Below are positions 8,987 to 18,411 of a stretch of 64,000 nt of DNA, one piece after another. Made by a program: the position numbers and the translations under genes. Location: NCBI GenBank assembly GCA_040384285.1, contig JAZKJN010000010.1:11995-75994 (forward strand). The letters run 5' to 3'. The DNA comes from Patescibacteria group bacterium. Lineage in GTDB: Bacteria > Patescibacteriota > Minisyncoccia > Phycocordibacterales > PALSA-1337. How positions within the stretch are numbered: the stretch's first letter is position 1; every line of letters begins with the position of its first letter. Below the pieces are notes generated by a model. That model did not search any database and was not told where the DNA came from. It saw only the letters and a program-made list of their open reading frames with translations.

Positions 8987-10333
8987 ATGAATGATTACAT
9001 TGAATTATGGGAGAGGTCGCTTGTTGAGATAGAGTCAGCTGTCTCTCCAGCAAACTTTTCTACATGGTTCAACGGTACCTACATACTCAAACATGAAGAG
9101 GGGACAATCTATCTCGGAGTTCCAAACCCTTTTATCAAAGAATGGCTCTTCAAGAAATTTCATAACACTATTTTGCGCACATTGCGCCAGCAAAACGAGC
9201 AGGTACGAGCTCTCGAATACACCATTGTAAAGGATGCTGAGAAAAAGAAGGCCGAAGAGAAGAAAAAGGTACAAGCAAGCCCCACTATCTCTATGCCTCT
9301 TCAGGATTTTTATATCAACAAAGAGGACAATTTGAATCCTCGCTACCTTTTTGACTCATTTGTCGTAGGACCTTTCAATGAGCTCGCTCACGCAGCATCA
9401 AAGTCCGTCGTAAAGAGCCCGGGAGCAACTTACAACCCTCTTTTCATCTACGGAAACACGGGACACGGCAAGACACACCTCATACAGGCGATAGGGAATC
9501 ATATTAAAAAGGATTTTCCTCACAAAAAAGTCTTCTATCTCACCTCGGAGCGCTTTGGATCTGAGTACTTTGCCTCTCTCCAGACCAATTCCGTCCAGAA
9601 ATTCAAAGAGAAGTATAGAAAATACGATGTGATCATCATGGACGACATCCAGTTCTTTGCAAGCAAGGAAAAATTCCAAGAAGAGCTCTTCCATCTCTTT
9701 GAAACCTTCTTTCAGACAAACCGCCAGCTCGTATTTTCTTCTGACAAACACCCAAACTTCATCCCAGGACTCGAAGATCGCCTCAAGTCACGCTTTGGAC
9801 AGGGAATGATCATCGATATACCTGCACCTGATCAAGAATCTCGAGTGGCAATCCTTCGTGCAAAAAGCCTTTCAAGCAACATCGATCTCAGACCAGAGGT
9901 ACTCGACTTCCTCGCAGCAAACATAGAGAGCAATGTCCGTGAGCTCGAAGGCGTTATCAACGCCGTCGTCTGTCAGACACAGCTCAAACAGCGCCCTTTG
10001 TCACTCCTTGAGATAAAAAACCTCATCAAAAACAATACAAAGCCAAAGAAAAATATTTCGGTGAAGGACGTGATCAAGCTCATCTCAGAGTTCTACAACA
10101 TAAGTGAAGACAGCGTCTGTGACAAGACTCGAAAAAAGGAGGTGGTGAAGCCACGCCAAGTGATCATGTATATTCTCCGTGAAGATTTCAACATCTCTTT
10201 CCCATCGATAGGGGAGAAGATGGGGGGAAGAGATCACACGACAGTTATTCACTCTTGCGAGAAGGTGAAGGAGGACCTCAAGACAAATCCTCTCCTCATG
10301 GATGAGATCGCACAGATCCGAGCCATGATGTAG
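8987..10333 (+). CDS. dnaA: chromosomal replication initiator DnaA
   Basis: AAA+ Walker A in GNTGHGKTHLIQAIG, and the C-terminal DnaA-box-binding domain (…VIMYILRED…HTTVIHSCEKV…). Confidence 0.95.
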   Translation: MNDYIELWERSLVEIESAVSPANFSTWFNGTYILKHEEGTIYLGVPNPFIKEWLFKKFHNTILRTLRQQNEQVRALEYTIVKDAEKKKAEEKKKVQASPTISMPLQDFYINKEDNLNPRYLFDSFVVGPFNELAHAASKSVVKSPGATYNPLFIYGNTGHGKTHLIQAIGNHIKKDFPHKKVFYLTSERFGSEYFASLQTNSVQKFKEKYRKYDVIIMDDIQFFASKEKFQEELFHLFETFFQTNRQLVFSSDKHPNFIPGLEDRLKSRFGQGMIIDIPAPDQESRVAILRAKSLSSNIDLRPEVLDFLAANIESNVRELEGVINAVVCQTQLKQRPLSLLEIKNLIKNNTKPKKNISVKDVIKLISEFYNISEDSVCDKTRKKEVVKPRQVIMYILREDFNISFPSIGEKMGGRDHTTVIHSCEKVKEDLKTNPLLMDEIAQIRAMM

Positions 10334-10585
10334 TGGGGATATGTCTGGGGATCTCTTGGGGAAAAGTATGTGGAAAGAGTGTGGGATACATGAGGATGCG
10401 GTAGGGAAAAGATGGAGAAAAAAGAAAATCAAGAAGAGAAGTGGAAAACCTGTTAGAAATTGTTCTAAAGTTATCAACATCCAAGCCTTCCAGAAAAAGC
10501 CTTCAAATAAAGGTAAAATAGAGTTATCACCATATCCACAGGACTAATAGTAATAATAAGTATTTATATATAATAAAGAACCCAC
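10334..10585. promoter_or_regulatory. second DnaA-box cluster plus AT-rich unwinding-element-like tract between dnaA and dnaN
   Basis: TTATCAACA at 10474-10482, TTATCACCA and TATCCACAGG at 10523-10543, then a near-pure A/T stretch at 10546-10580. Confidence 0.45.
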
Positions 10586-11689
10586 ATGAAGATAGAATGT
10601 GCACAGGATAAACTCAAAGAGGCGATAGGCAACGCAGAGAAAGTATCTGGGAAGCACATGTCTCTTCCTGTGCTCTCATGTGTTCTTATCGAGGCAACAG
10701 AAAAATCTATTGTCATCAAAGCAACAAATCTTGATACTGGTCTCGAAATAAATATCCCAGGAAAGGTTTTGGAACCAGGTGTAGCGGCAGTTCCTGCACA
10801 GATACTAAATTCTTTCGTGGCGAGCCTTGTGGGGGCAGAGAAGAGTATTGTACTTGCAACTTCAGAGAATAATTTAAAGATACAAACACCTCGATCTTCT
10901 GGAACAATAAAAACTCAGGCACATGAGGACTTTCCTTCAATACCAAAGGTTGTCGATGGGTCTACATTCTCTCTTCACTCAGGGGAATTGCTCAAGGGTC
11001 TCAAATCAGTATGGTATAGCTCGTCAGTTTCAAGTATCAAACCAGAACTTTCAAGTGTATATATCTATTGCGAAGAGGGATTTATGGTTTTTGTTGCCAC
11101 AGACTCTTTCCGACTTGCAGAAAAGAAGGTAAAAATGAAAACAGTAAAGGATTTCGGTCAGATTCTCATTCCTTTCAAAAATATTCCTGACATTATGCGT
11201 GTTTTAGAGCCAATCAATGATGAGGTAGAGATTTCTCTCAATAAAAATCAAATATCCTTCTCTCATAAAGGCCTCTACCTCACATCTCGAGTGGTTGATG
11301 GAGTATTCCCCGACTACAAGCAGATAATCCCCAAGGCAAGCACTACAGAGGTCGTGGCGCTCAAGCAGGATCTGGTCAATGCTTTGAAAATTTCAAATAT
11401 TTTTTCTGATAAATTTAATCAGATAAATATAAAAGTCGATCCATCTCACAAGCAGTGCGAGATAAAGACAAAAAATAATGATGTGGGTGAAAATATCACC
11501 ACACTCGACTCTGCCATAACAGGGGAGGCGATCGATATCAATTTCAACTACAAATATATTGTTGATTGTTTCCAGTCAATCGATTCTGACAGCGTAACAC
11601 TCATATTTGCTGGCCTCAACAAGCCCTTGATTGTTAAACCTCTTTCAGATACCTCATTTCGATACTTGGTGATGCCGATGAATCGTTAA
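10586..11689 (+). CDS. dnaN: DNA polymerase III beta sliding clamp
   Basis: 367 aa in the three-domain DnaN architecture, immediately downstream of dnaA. Confidence 0.9.
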   Translation: MKIECAQDKLKEAIGNAEKVSGKHMSLPVLSCVLIEATEKSIVIKATNLDTGLEINIPGKVLEPGVAAVPAQILNSFVASLVGAEKSIVLATSENNLKIQTPRSSGTIKTQAHEDFPSIPKVVDGSTFSLHSGELLKGLKSVWYSSSVSSIKPELSSVYIYCEEGFMVFVATDSFRLAEKKVKMKTVKDFGQILIPFKNIPDIMRVLEPINDEVEISLNKNQISFSHKGLYLTSRVVDGVFPDYKQIIPKASTTEVVALKQDLVNALKISNIFSDKFNQINIKVDPSHKQCEIKTKNNDVGENITTLDSAITGEAIDINFNYKYIVDCFQSIDSDSVTLIFAGLNKPLIVKPLSDTSFRYLVMPMNR

Positions 11690-11700
11690 TTTTGTAATAC

Positions 11701-11958
11701 ATGGAAAATATCAGCAAATTTTTTGGTATATTCAAAAATAAAGCTGTTGAGCATATCCATAACCGTTCTGTCATCTGCGAGGCTTTCAAAAAACTACTGG
11801 ATCAAGACATGCAAGCAGAGGATATTACCATCAAGGACGGAGTGATAAAAATAAAAGGATCTCAGGGGCTCAAGAATGAGATTTATATAAAGAAAAAACC
11901 GCTCCTCGACTACATTCAGGGGAGAGCGGTTAATTTCAAACCTATTGATATTCAGTAG
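11701..11958 (+). CDS. small protein, possibly DUF721/DciA-like
   Basis: 85-aa ORF directly downstream of dnaN. The C-terminal segment DGVIKIKGSQGLKNEIYIKKKPLLDYI loosely fits the DUF721 pattern G.L.V.V.S..W..EL. The assignment is tentative. Confidence 0.3.
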   Translation: MENISKFFGIFKNKAVEHIHNRSVICEAFKKLLDQDMQAEDITIKDGVIKIKGSQGLKNEIYIKKKPLLDYIQGRAVNFKPIDIQ

Positions 11959-14499
11959 TTAGTTTTCGATTACAATATCGAGTGTATCTTCTGCTTTGTT
12001 CAGCACTGTGTCGTATGAAATTACCTTGATCACATTTCTGTCCTCGATACCGCTCACATCCTCTGGGGTAAAGTTCAAAGTCTTCGGGTCACTTTCATTT
12101 GTTGTTATGTATCTTCCGTTGATATAGAGCTCAGACTTTTTGAGGGGATGCTTTCCGGAGGCGCTGACGGTGATAGTTACGCGAGTCTTTGGACTGATAG
12201 GGGTGGCTTCTTGAGCTGAAGATATATCGATTCTGAGGTTATTTTCGGCGGTATGCACATCATCCGTTTCTTTCGGTACCGTGGTGTCGGCGGTCTCTAC
12301 AAAAGTTGGATTTGTTTTCTGCCATATGGTAAACCAGTTTCTTACACCGTATTCCCAGTTCTCATATTGAGAGTCAGCTTTTGGATCTGCAGGTATTGGT
12401 CCGCGAGGATCATTTTTTGAAACCCAGTGGAGAATGTTATGTACGCTTGGGAATACCACCTCTTCTTGTGCTTCAGGAGGAGTAAACTCTGTAGCAACCT
12501 TTCCAGAAACCCTGTCCTTCATGTAAGAAAGACCTCCTTTCCAGATTCCTCGAAGCGTTGGCTTTACGTCTGTAGGGATCGGTTCAGGTTTTTTAAAGTA
12601 CTCTGCATCAAGCTGATCGTTGATCTCTGACATAAATGCTCCCCACACAGGGGCAATGATGAGACCGGCAACCTTTTTATCCATTGGGGTATTGTCATTT
12701 TTTCCTGCCCACGCTCCAACTACAATATTAGGCGTATATCCTTCGATCCATACATCACGAAAATCGTTTGTCGTTCCTGTCTTCACTGCAACTTGTTTGC
12801 CCAAAGGATCAATGAGAGAGCTGAGGCTTGTGAGTCGTACTGAAGGGTCTGAAAGAATATCAGAGATCTGTCGAGCAGCCTCTGCAGGGATCGCCTGAAC
12901 AGGATTTGAAGCATTTTCCTCGAGGACATTTCCTTGGCTATCCTCCACCTTGAGGACAGAGCGGTAGGGATTTCTCACGCCGTCGTTTGCAAACACTCCA
13001 TAGGCGCTGGTAAGTTCAAGGAGAGAGACTTCTCCTCCTCCGAGAACAAGAGTGAGTCCGTATCGTGCAGGGTCGGTGAGGCTGGTGATTCCCATTGCCT
13101 GTGCCGTATCGATGGAGTTATTTAAACCTGCAAGATACAAAGTTTTTACTGCTGGAATGTTTCGAGAATGAGCAAGAGCTTGGCGCATTGTCTCAGGTCC
13201 TTCAAAGACATCGTCATAGTTAACAGGGGAGTAGCACACCTTTTTTGGATCCGCACCTGCTTTCTTTGGCTTTCCTTCGGGAGTACATTCTGATGAGAAT
13301 TCAGTCTTTACATCAAAAAGAACTGTTTCTGGCGTGTACCCCTTCATAAATGCTGTTGCATACACGAAAGGCTTGAAGGTAGATCCAGGTTGTCTCTGTG
13401 CGGTAGCAACATTGAAGTTACCCTCTATTCTCTTATCAAAATAGTCGCGAGACCCTACCATTACCAAGATATCTCCACTCTTTGGGTCGATAGCTACCAT
13501 GGCTGTGTTGCTTGCGTTGAAAGAAGACTCAAGTGTTGGCGCAAAATTTGAGACCACTTTCTCTGCTTTTTCTTGCATTGAGTAGTCGAGACTTGTGATT
13601 ACTTTCAAACCTCCTTCTTCCACCATTTCCTCTCCGTACTTTTCAACCAAATAGTCTTTTACGTAGAGTGTAAAGTGGGGAGCACGGATGCCTGTGGTAT
13701 TTTTTTGCAAAAATTCAACCTTTTCTGCAAGTGCGGCTTCATATTCCTCATCGGTTATGAGTTTGTTGCTCTTCATCTGCTGAAGAACGAGTCTTTGCCT
13801 TACTTCGAGTCGGTCTACGTTTTTACCGTAGGGAGAATAGAAGGTAGGGGCTTGAGGAATAGCTGCAATATAAGCAGCTTCTGCCAAAGTTACGTCATGT
13901 GAGGTTTTTCCAAAGAAGGTCTGTGTCGCTTCTTCCACTCCGTAGAGACTTCCTCCATAAGGAGATTCGTTGAGATAAGTTCCGAGGATTTGGTCTTTTT
14001 CCAAAGCTCGGTCAAGCTTTACAGCGAGAACCCACTCCTTTATCTTTCGAGTCGGTGTCTTGTCGGTGGTGAGAACAGAGTTCTTGATCACCTGCTGAGT
14101 AATTGTTGATCCTCCCTGGGTGAGTCCTCCTGGAGTAAGGTTGGCAAGGATGGCCCGGATGATAGCTGTGGGCTTGATGCCTTTGTGAGTATAGAATTCT
14201 GCATCTTCTATCGCGATCGTCGCGTTTTTGATGTGTTGAGAAATAAACTCAAAAGGAACAATGGTTCTTTTTGTATCTGCATGTACATCGTACAAGAGGA
14301 TTTCTCCAGTACGGTCAAATATTTTTGTAGATTGGGATACCTTTCGAGTCTCAAAGGAGCTCAAATCGGGAATTTTAAGAGTGGCAAACCAAATAATGGC
14401 AATGCTGGCGCAAATCAAGAAGAAGGAAACACCGAGGGCTATGAGGCGTTTGAGAGCGGTCCGACCTCCTTTTCGAAGAAGCTTCTTTCTATAAGTCAT
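11959..14499 (-). CDS. class A penicillin-binding protein (PBP1A; transglycosylase plus transpeptidase) with a C-terminal extension
   Basis: GT51 motifs EDAEFYTHKG and GGSTITQQ. Transpeptidase motifs STFKP (SxxK), SRN and KTGTT. N-terminal TM anchor. An extra ~130 aa follows the transpeptidase domain. Confidence 0.85.
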   Translation of the reverse strand: MTYRKKLLRKGGRTALKRLIALGVSFFLICASIAIIWFATLKIPDLSSFETRKVSQSTKIFDRTGEILLYDVHADTKRTIVPFEFISQHIKNATIAIEDAEFYTHKGIKPTAIIRAILANLTPGGLTQGGSTITQQVIKNSVLTTDKTPTRKIKEWVLAVKLDRALEKDQILGTYLNESPYGGSLYGVEEATQTFFGKTSHDVTLAEAAYIAAIPQAPTFYSPYGKNVDRLEVRQRLVLQQMKSNKLITDEEYEAALAEKVEFLQKNTTGIRAPHFTLYVKDYLVEKYGEEMVEEGGLKVITSLDYSMQEKAEKVVSNFAPTLESSFNASNTAMVAIDPKSGDILVMVGSRDYFDKRIEGNFNVATAQRQPGSTFKPFVYATAFMKGYTPETVLFDVKTEFSSECTPEGKPKKAGADPKKVCYSPVNYDDVFEGPETMRQALAHSRNIPAVKTLYLAGLNNSIDTAQAMGITSLTDPARYGLTLVLGGGEVSLLELTSAYGVFANDGVRNPYRSVLKVEDSQGNVLEENASNPVQAIPAEAARQISDILSDPSVRLTSLSSLIDPLGKQVAVKTGTTNDFRDVWIEGYTPNIVVGAWAGKNDNTPMDKKVAGLIIAPVWGAFMSEINDQLDAEYFKKPEPIPTDVKPTLRGIWKGGLSYMKDRVSGKVATEFTPPEAQEEVVFPSVHNILHWVSKNDPRGPIPADPKADSQYENWEYGVRNWFTIWQKTNPTFVETADTTVPKETDDVHTAENNLRIDISSAQEATPISPKTRVTITVSASGKHPLKKSELYINGRYITTNESDPKTLNFTPEDVSGIEDRNVIKVISYDTVLNKAEDTLDIVIEN

Positions 14500-14542
14500 T
14501 TCGAAATTTTAGCATATTTATGATACAGTACATAGTAAATTT

Positions 14543-15769
14543 ATGTTTAATTGGAATACCCCAAAGCCGATACAGGACGAAAAAAAGATAGATGCGCTTC
14601 TTGAACGAGGGGTGGAAGCTATTTTTCCGAGCAAAGAATTTCTCAAAGCAAAACTTATGAAAGGGGAGCGAGTGACTCTCTACCTCGGTATCGATCCTAC
14701 TGGGCCCACACTTCACCTCGGTCACCTCATTCCTCTCCGAAAACTCGCTGAATTCCAGAAGCTTGGACACCAGATCATCCTTTTGATCGGAGATTTTACA
14801 GCAACCATCGGAGATCCTACGGATAAACTTGCCACTCGAGTTCCTCTTACTCGCGAGCAAGTATTAAAAAATGCAGAACTCTACAAAGAGCAAGCTTCAA
14901 AAATTATTTCCTTCTCTGGAAATAACAAGGCTCTTATTAAATACAATTCAAAGTGGCTCTCTCATATGCCGATGGAAGAAATATTTAAGCTTATGTCTCA
15001 CATTACATATGCTCAAACAATTAAGAGGGATATGTTTCAGCAACGCATCGCTCAAGGTAAGGATCTTTCTCTCCACGAGTTCATGTACCCTATCATGCAG
15101 GGCTATGACTCAGTAGCTATGGATGTGGACGGGGAAGTGGGAGGCAATGACCAGACGTTCAACATGCTTGTTGGACGTGATCTCCTAAAGAAGATGAAGA
15201 ACAAAGAGAAATTTGTCGTAGCCTCAAAACTTCTTGTTGATCCAAGTGGCAAGAAAATGGGAAAGACAGAGGGCAATATCGTAAGTCTCGATCAAACACC
15301 AGAAGATATGTTTGGAAAGGTCATGAGTTGGAGCGATGAACTTATTGTTCCAGGATTTGAAATTATCACCGATGCTTCACTAGAAGAAATCACTACCATC
15401 AAAGACGCACTTGCTCGCGGAGATAATCCTCGTGATCTCAAAGTCCGTCTCGCTCATGCCGTGGTCTCGATGCTTCATGGAAAAGAAGAAGCCGACAACG
15501 CAAAAGAATCTTTCGAGTCTACTTTTTCAAAAGGGGAAGTGCCAGAAGACATTCAAGAGATAAAAGCTGATAAAGATTCTCTTTTGCGTGATGCGATCGT
15601 GGGAGGAAAAATAGTTGATTCAAATGGAGAATGGCGACGACTCGTAGAATCAAAAGCAGTATCTTTTGCAGACACAAAAGAGTCCATTACGGACCCCTTT
15701 GTAAAAATCGAACGTGATTGTATTGTGCGAGTGGGCAAAAAGAGATTTGCCAAAATCAGCGTTCGCTAA
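14543..15769 (+). CDS. tyrS: tyrosine--tRNA ligase
   Basis: HIGH motif in HLGHLIPL and KMSKS motif in KKMGKT. 408 aa with a C-terminal S4-like region. Confidence 0.9.
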   Translation: MFNWNTPKPIQDEKKIDALLERGVEAIFPSKEFLKAKLMKGERVTLYLGIDPTGPTLHLGHLIPLRKLAEFQKLGHQIILLIGDFTATIGDPTDKLATRVPLTREQVLKNAELYKEQASKIISFSGNNKALIKYNSKWLSHMPMEEIFKLMSHITYAQTIKRDMFQQRIAQGKDLSLHEFMYPIMQGYDSVAMDVDGEVGGNDQTFNMLVGRDLLKKMKNKEKFVVASKLLVDPSGKKMGKTEGNIVSLDQTPEDMFGKVMSWSDELIVPGFEIITDASLEEITTIKDALARGDNPRDLKVRLAHAVVSMLHGKEEADNAKESFESTFSKGEVPEDIQEIKADKDSLLRDAIVGGKIVDSNGEWRRLVESKAVSFADTKESITDPFVKIERDCIVRVGKKRFAKISVR

Positions 15770-15784
15770 TTCTCGCGTTCCTTC

Positions 15785-15961
15785 TTACTCTTCCCACTTA
15801 TCCTTGAAAGGATCGAGCTCTTCGTCATCGAGAGCTCCGTCTTCGTCGAGCTCTTCTTCTTCGAGCGTACCGGGAATAAGCTCGGGATCGGTTTCTTTTT
15901 CGTCATCGAGCAATGGGGCAGGTGTTACTTTTTTTATTTCAGCTTCTTTTACTTTTGGCAT
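15785..15961 (-). CDS. small acidic protein (58 aa), unannotated
   Basis: Codon-by-codon translation of the minus strand gives MPKVKEAEIKKVTPAPLLDDEKETDPELIPGTLEEEELDEDGALDDEELDPFKDKWEE. It is co-oriented with and downstream of ruvC. The overlapping plus-strand poly-Ser ORF is low complexity. Confidence 0.3.
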   Translation of the reverse strand: MPKVKEAEIKKVTPAPLLDDEKETDPELIPGTLEEEELDEDGALDDEELDPFKDKWEE

Positions 15962-16048
15962 AAATATTCTTTGTATTTTGTATAATTCTTTTTCTGTTAC
16001 TTCCTGGATTTCATATTTGTAACAAAACCTAAAAACTTTTGCAAATTT

Positions 16049-16525
16049 TTACTTCTGTGGAAAACTTGATTTGAGGTATGCGGCGCAGGTGAGAGCTACG
16101 GCAATAGCGTCATATTCATCATCCAGAGCCTTTTTCTTTTCCATTTTGACAAGCAAGGAAATCATCTTGATCACTCCCGTCTTATCCGTGCCACCATGTC
16201 CTGTGACGGCAACTTTGATCTGTGGTGGGGTGTATTCATAAATAGGAATATCTTTCACTGCTGCCAGATATGAGATCACTCCACGGGCTTCTGCAACCTT
16301 CATTGCCGTCTTCTGGTTTTTAGTAATAAACAGAGACTCGATCGCCATGGCGTCGGGGGAGAATGTTGCCAGTACTTTTTCTATACCTTCACCCACTTCT
16401 TTCAAACGAGTGTGAAAAGAGTCTTTAGAATTTGTTTCGAGACACGCTGAATATAAAAGTTTGTTGTCTTCTATAACCGCGATGCCCACACGGTCGTATC
16501 CTGGATCGATGCCGATTATTTTCAT
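16049..16525 (-). CDS. ruvC: crossover junction endodeoxyribonuclease RuvC
   Basis: The RuvC N-terminus MKIIGIDPGYDRVGIAV with its catalytic Asp. 158 aa. Confidence 0.9.
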   Translation of the reverse strand: MKIIGIDPGYDRVGIAVIEDNKLLYSACLETNSKDSFHTRLKEVGEGIEKVLATFSPDAMAIESLFITKNQKTAMKVAEARGVISYLAAVKDIPIYEYTPPQIKVAVTGHGGTDKTGVIKMISLLVKMEKKKALDDEYDAIAVALTCAAYLKSSFPQK

Positions 16526-16527
16526 TG

Positions 16528-17058
16528 TTATTCAGCGTTTGTGAACACCTCCTGCACTTCGTCGTTTGATTCGAGATCTTCTACGAGCGCATGAAGCTTT
16601 TCTACATCCACATCCTCAAGTGGCATAGTGCTCTGCGCCACCCATCCTTCGTGAGTCTTTGTAAATGCCCATGAAGCACTCCCTGGAGCAGCGAGTTCAG
16701 AGCCATGTCGAGTGAGAATTGCTTTTACTTCCTGTGCAGCTTTGTTCCTGTTATCAGTGAGGGCATCGATGAGAAGGGCAATACCTCCTGGGCCATATGA
16801 TTCATAGACGATTGATTCCATCTGAGCGCTGTTGTCAGTGGATGCTTTCTTTATGGCTCGATCGATCGTATCGTTTGGCATGTTTTCTTTCTTTGCCTTT
16901 TCGATCGCCATTGCAAGTCCTGGAGACTTTAGATTTCCTCCAGCTTTCTTTGCTTCTACAGTGATAAGTCGCACAAGCTTTCCAAACGCCTTACTCTTCT
17001 GTGCATCGTTCTTTGCTTTCTGATGTTTAATTTTTGAAAATTTATTATGTCCTGCCAT
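16528..17058 (-). CDS. YebC/PmpR-family DNA-binding regulator (short form)
   Basis: MAGHNKFSKIKHQKAKNDAQKSKAFGKL... matches the YebC N-terminus. At 176 aa it is shorter than the typical ~240 aa. Confidence 0.8.
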   Translation of the reverse strand: MAGHNKFSKIKHQKAKNDAQKSKAFGKLVRLITVEAKKAGGNLKSPGLAMAIEKAKKENMPNDTIDRAIKKASTDNSAQMESIVYESYGPGGIALLIDALTDNRNKAAQEVKAILTRHGSELAAPGSASWAFTKTHEGWVAQSTMPLEDVDVEKLHALVEDLESNDEVQEVFTNAE

Positions 17059-17070
17059 ATATGTAACTTA

Positions 17071-18078
17071 TTATAATAATCTTGCCGAACCTTTGATATT
17101 CAAATGCCCGTACGCCTTGTCTGTGACACTTCGTCCGCGCGGTGTGCGTTCGAGAAGTCCGAGCTGGATGAGATAGGGTTCATACACTTCTTCAACAGTG
17201 GCCTGCTCTTCTGAGAGGGCAGCGGCAATAGTATTCAATCCCACTGGACCTCCGCCAAACTTTTCAATCATAATTTTCAATATCTCGCGGTCGGCATTTG
17301 TAAGTCCAATATCATCAACCCCAAGCATGGCAAGAGCCTTCTCTACGATTTCTTTTGAAAGCGGAGCCTTGTGGATTTGTGCGTAGTCACGACAACGTTT
17401 CAAAAAGTAGTTTGCAGTACGAGGGGTAAAGCGACTTCTCTGTGCAATTGCCTTCATTGCATCATCATGAATCTCAATATCGAGAATCTTTGCCGATCTT
17501 TTCACAATTTCTCCGATTTCCGCTTCGGTATAGAATTCAAGCTTGAAAACTCCTCCAGAAAAACGTGATCGTAGAGGCGAAGAGATCATCGCGATACGAG
17601 TCGTAGCAGCAATGAGGGTGAAAGAGGGGAGTTCGAGCTGGATAGTGCGAGCAGAAGGACCTTTTCCGATGATGATATCGAGATTACCCGATTCCATTGC
17701 TGGATAGAGCACTTCTTCGATTGCTTTGTTTAAACGATGGATCTCATCGATAAAAAGAATATCTCCATGTGAGAGGTTGGTCAAAATAGAGGCGAGGTCG
17801 CCGACCTTCAAAATAGCTGGACCAGAGGTGACTTTCATCTGAGCCCCTGTTTCTTTTGCTATAAGATGTGCTAATGTTGTTTTCCCAAGACCCGGAGGTC
17901 CGTAAAAGAGGATGTGTTCAGGTGGATGTGCCCGTTCTTTGGCTGCAGTCAGCAAAATATGGAGATTATCCTTGATATTTTTCTGCCCAATATAGTCCGC
18001 CCAGCGGCTAGGGCGCAGGGTATTGTCGAGATAACCCGTTTCTTTAGGGGAGTCTGTAGCAGGAATATCACTTGACAT
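17071..18078 (-). CDS. ruvB: Holliday junction branch migration ATPase RuvB
   Basis: Walker A in YGPPGLGKTTLAHLIA. RuvB domain order. 335 aa. Confidence 0.95.
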   Translation of the reverse strand: MSSDIPATDSPKETGYLDNTLRPSRWADYIGQKNIKDNLHILLTAAKERAHPPEHILFYGPPGLGKTTLAHLIAKETGAQMKVTSGPAILKVGDLASILTNLSHGDILFIDEIHRLNKAIEEVLYPAMESGNLDIIIGKGPSARTIQLELPSFTLIAATTRIAMISSPLRSRFSGGVFKLEFYTEAEIGEIVKRSAKILDIEIHDDAMKAIAQRSRFTPRTANYFLKRCRDYAQIHKAPLSKEIVEKALAMLGVDDIGLTNADREILKIMIEKFGGGPVGLNTIAAALSEEQATVEEVYEPYLIQLGLLERTPRGRSVTDKAYGHLNIKGSARLL

Positions 18079-18411
18079 ATTTAAATAGTTATGCTAAGCT
18101 ATTGGTATTAAGGAACCCAATAGGTAATACGGCACATTTACAGTATACCACCCACGAAGCGACGTTGCGGGTTCATAAATCTCTAAACAATATAACTGGT
18201 TTACTCCAGGTATCTGAGATAGGTTTGAGGACATTCTGGTTATCACCCCGTGTGTATACACTGGGGTTATCCTTGAGGCTATCTTTAACTTTTGGTGATC
18301 GCATTGAAAGTATTGTTTAGAGATTTCTGCACCTGAACTCTCTTACTCCGCTTCCTTCCTGTTTTAAATACTACTCCTCCTATAGAAAAGCACAATTGAC
18401 AGTGCCTTTTT

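Noticed and set aside
15714-16022. Plus-strand 102-aa ORF rich in poly-Ser
   Set aside because: Low-complexity translation of a GA/TC-rich stretch. The complementary strand encodes a cleaner small acidic ORF co-oriented with ruvC, so the plus ORF is treated as an artefact.
18072-18320. 82-aa plus-strand ORF in the ruvB-pilB spacer
   Set aside because: No start context or conservation cues. The region is better explained by inverted repeats and RNA-like structure.
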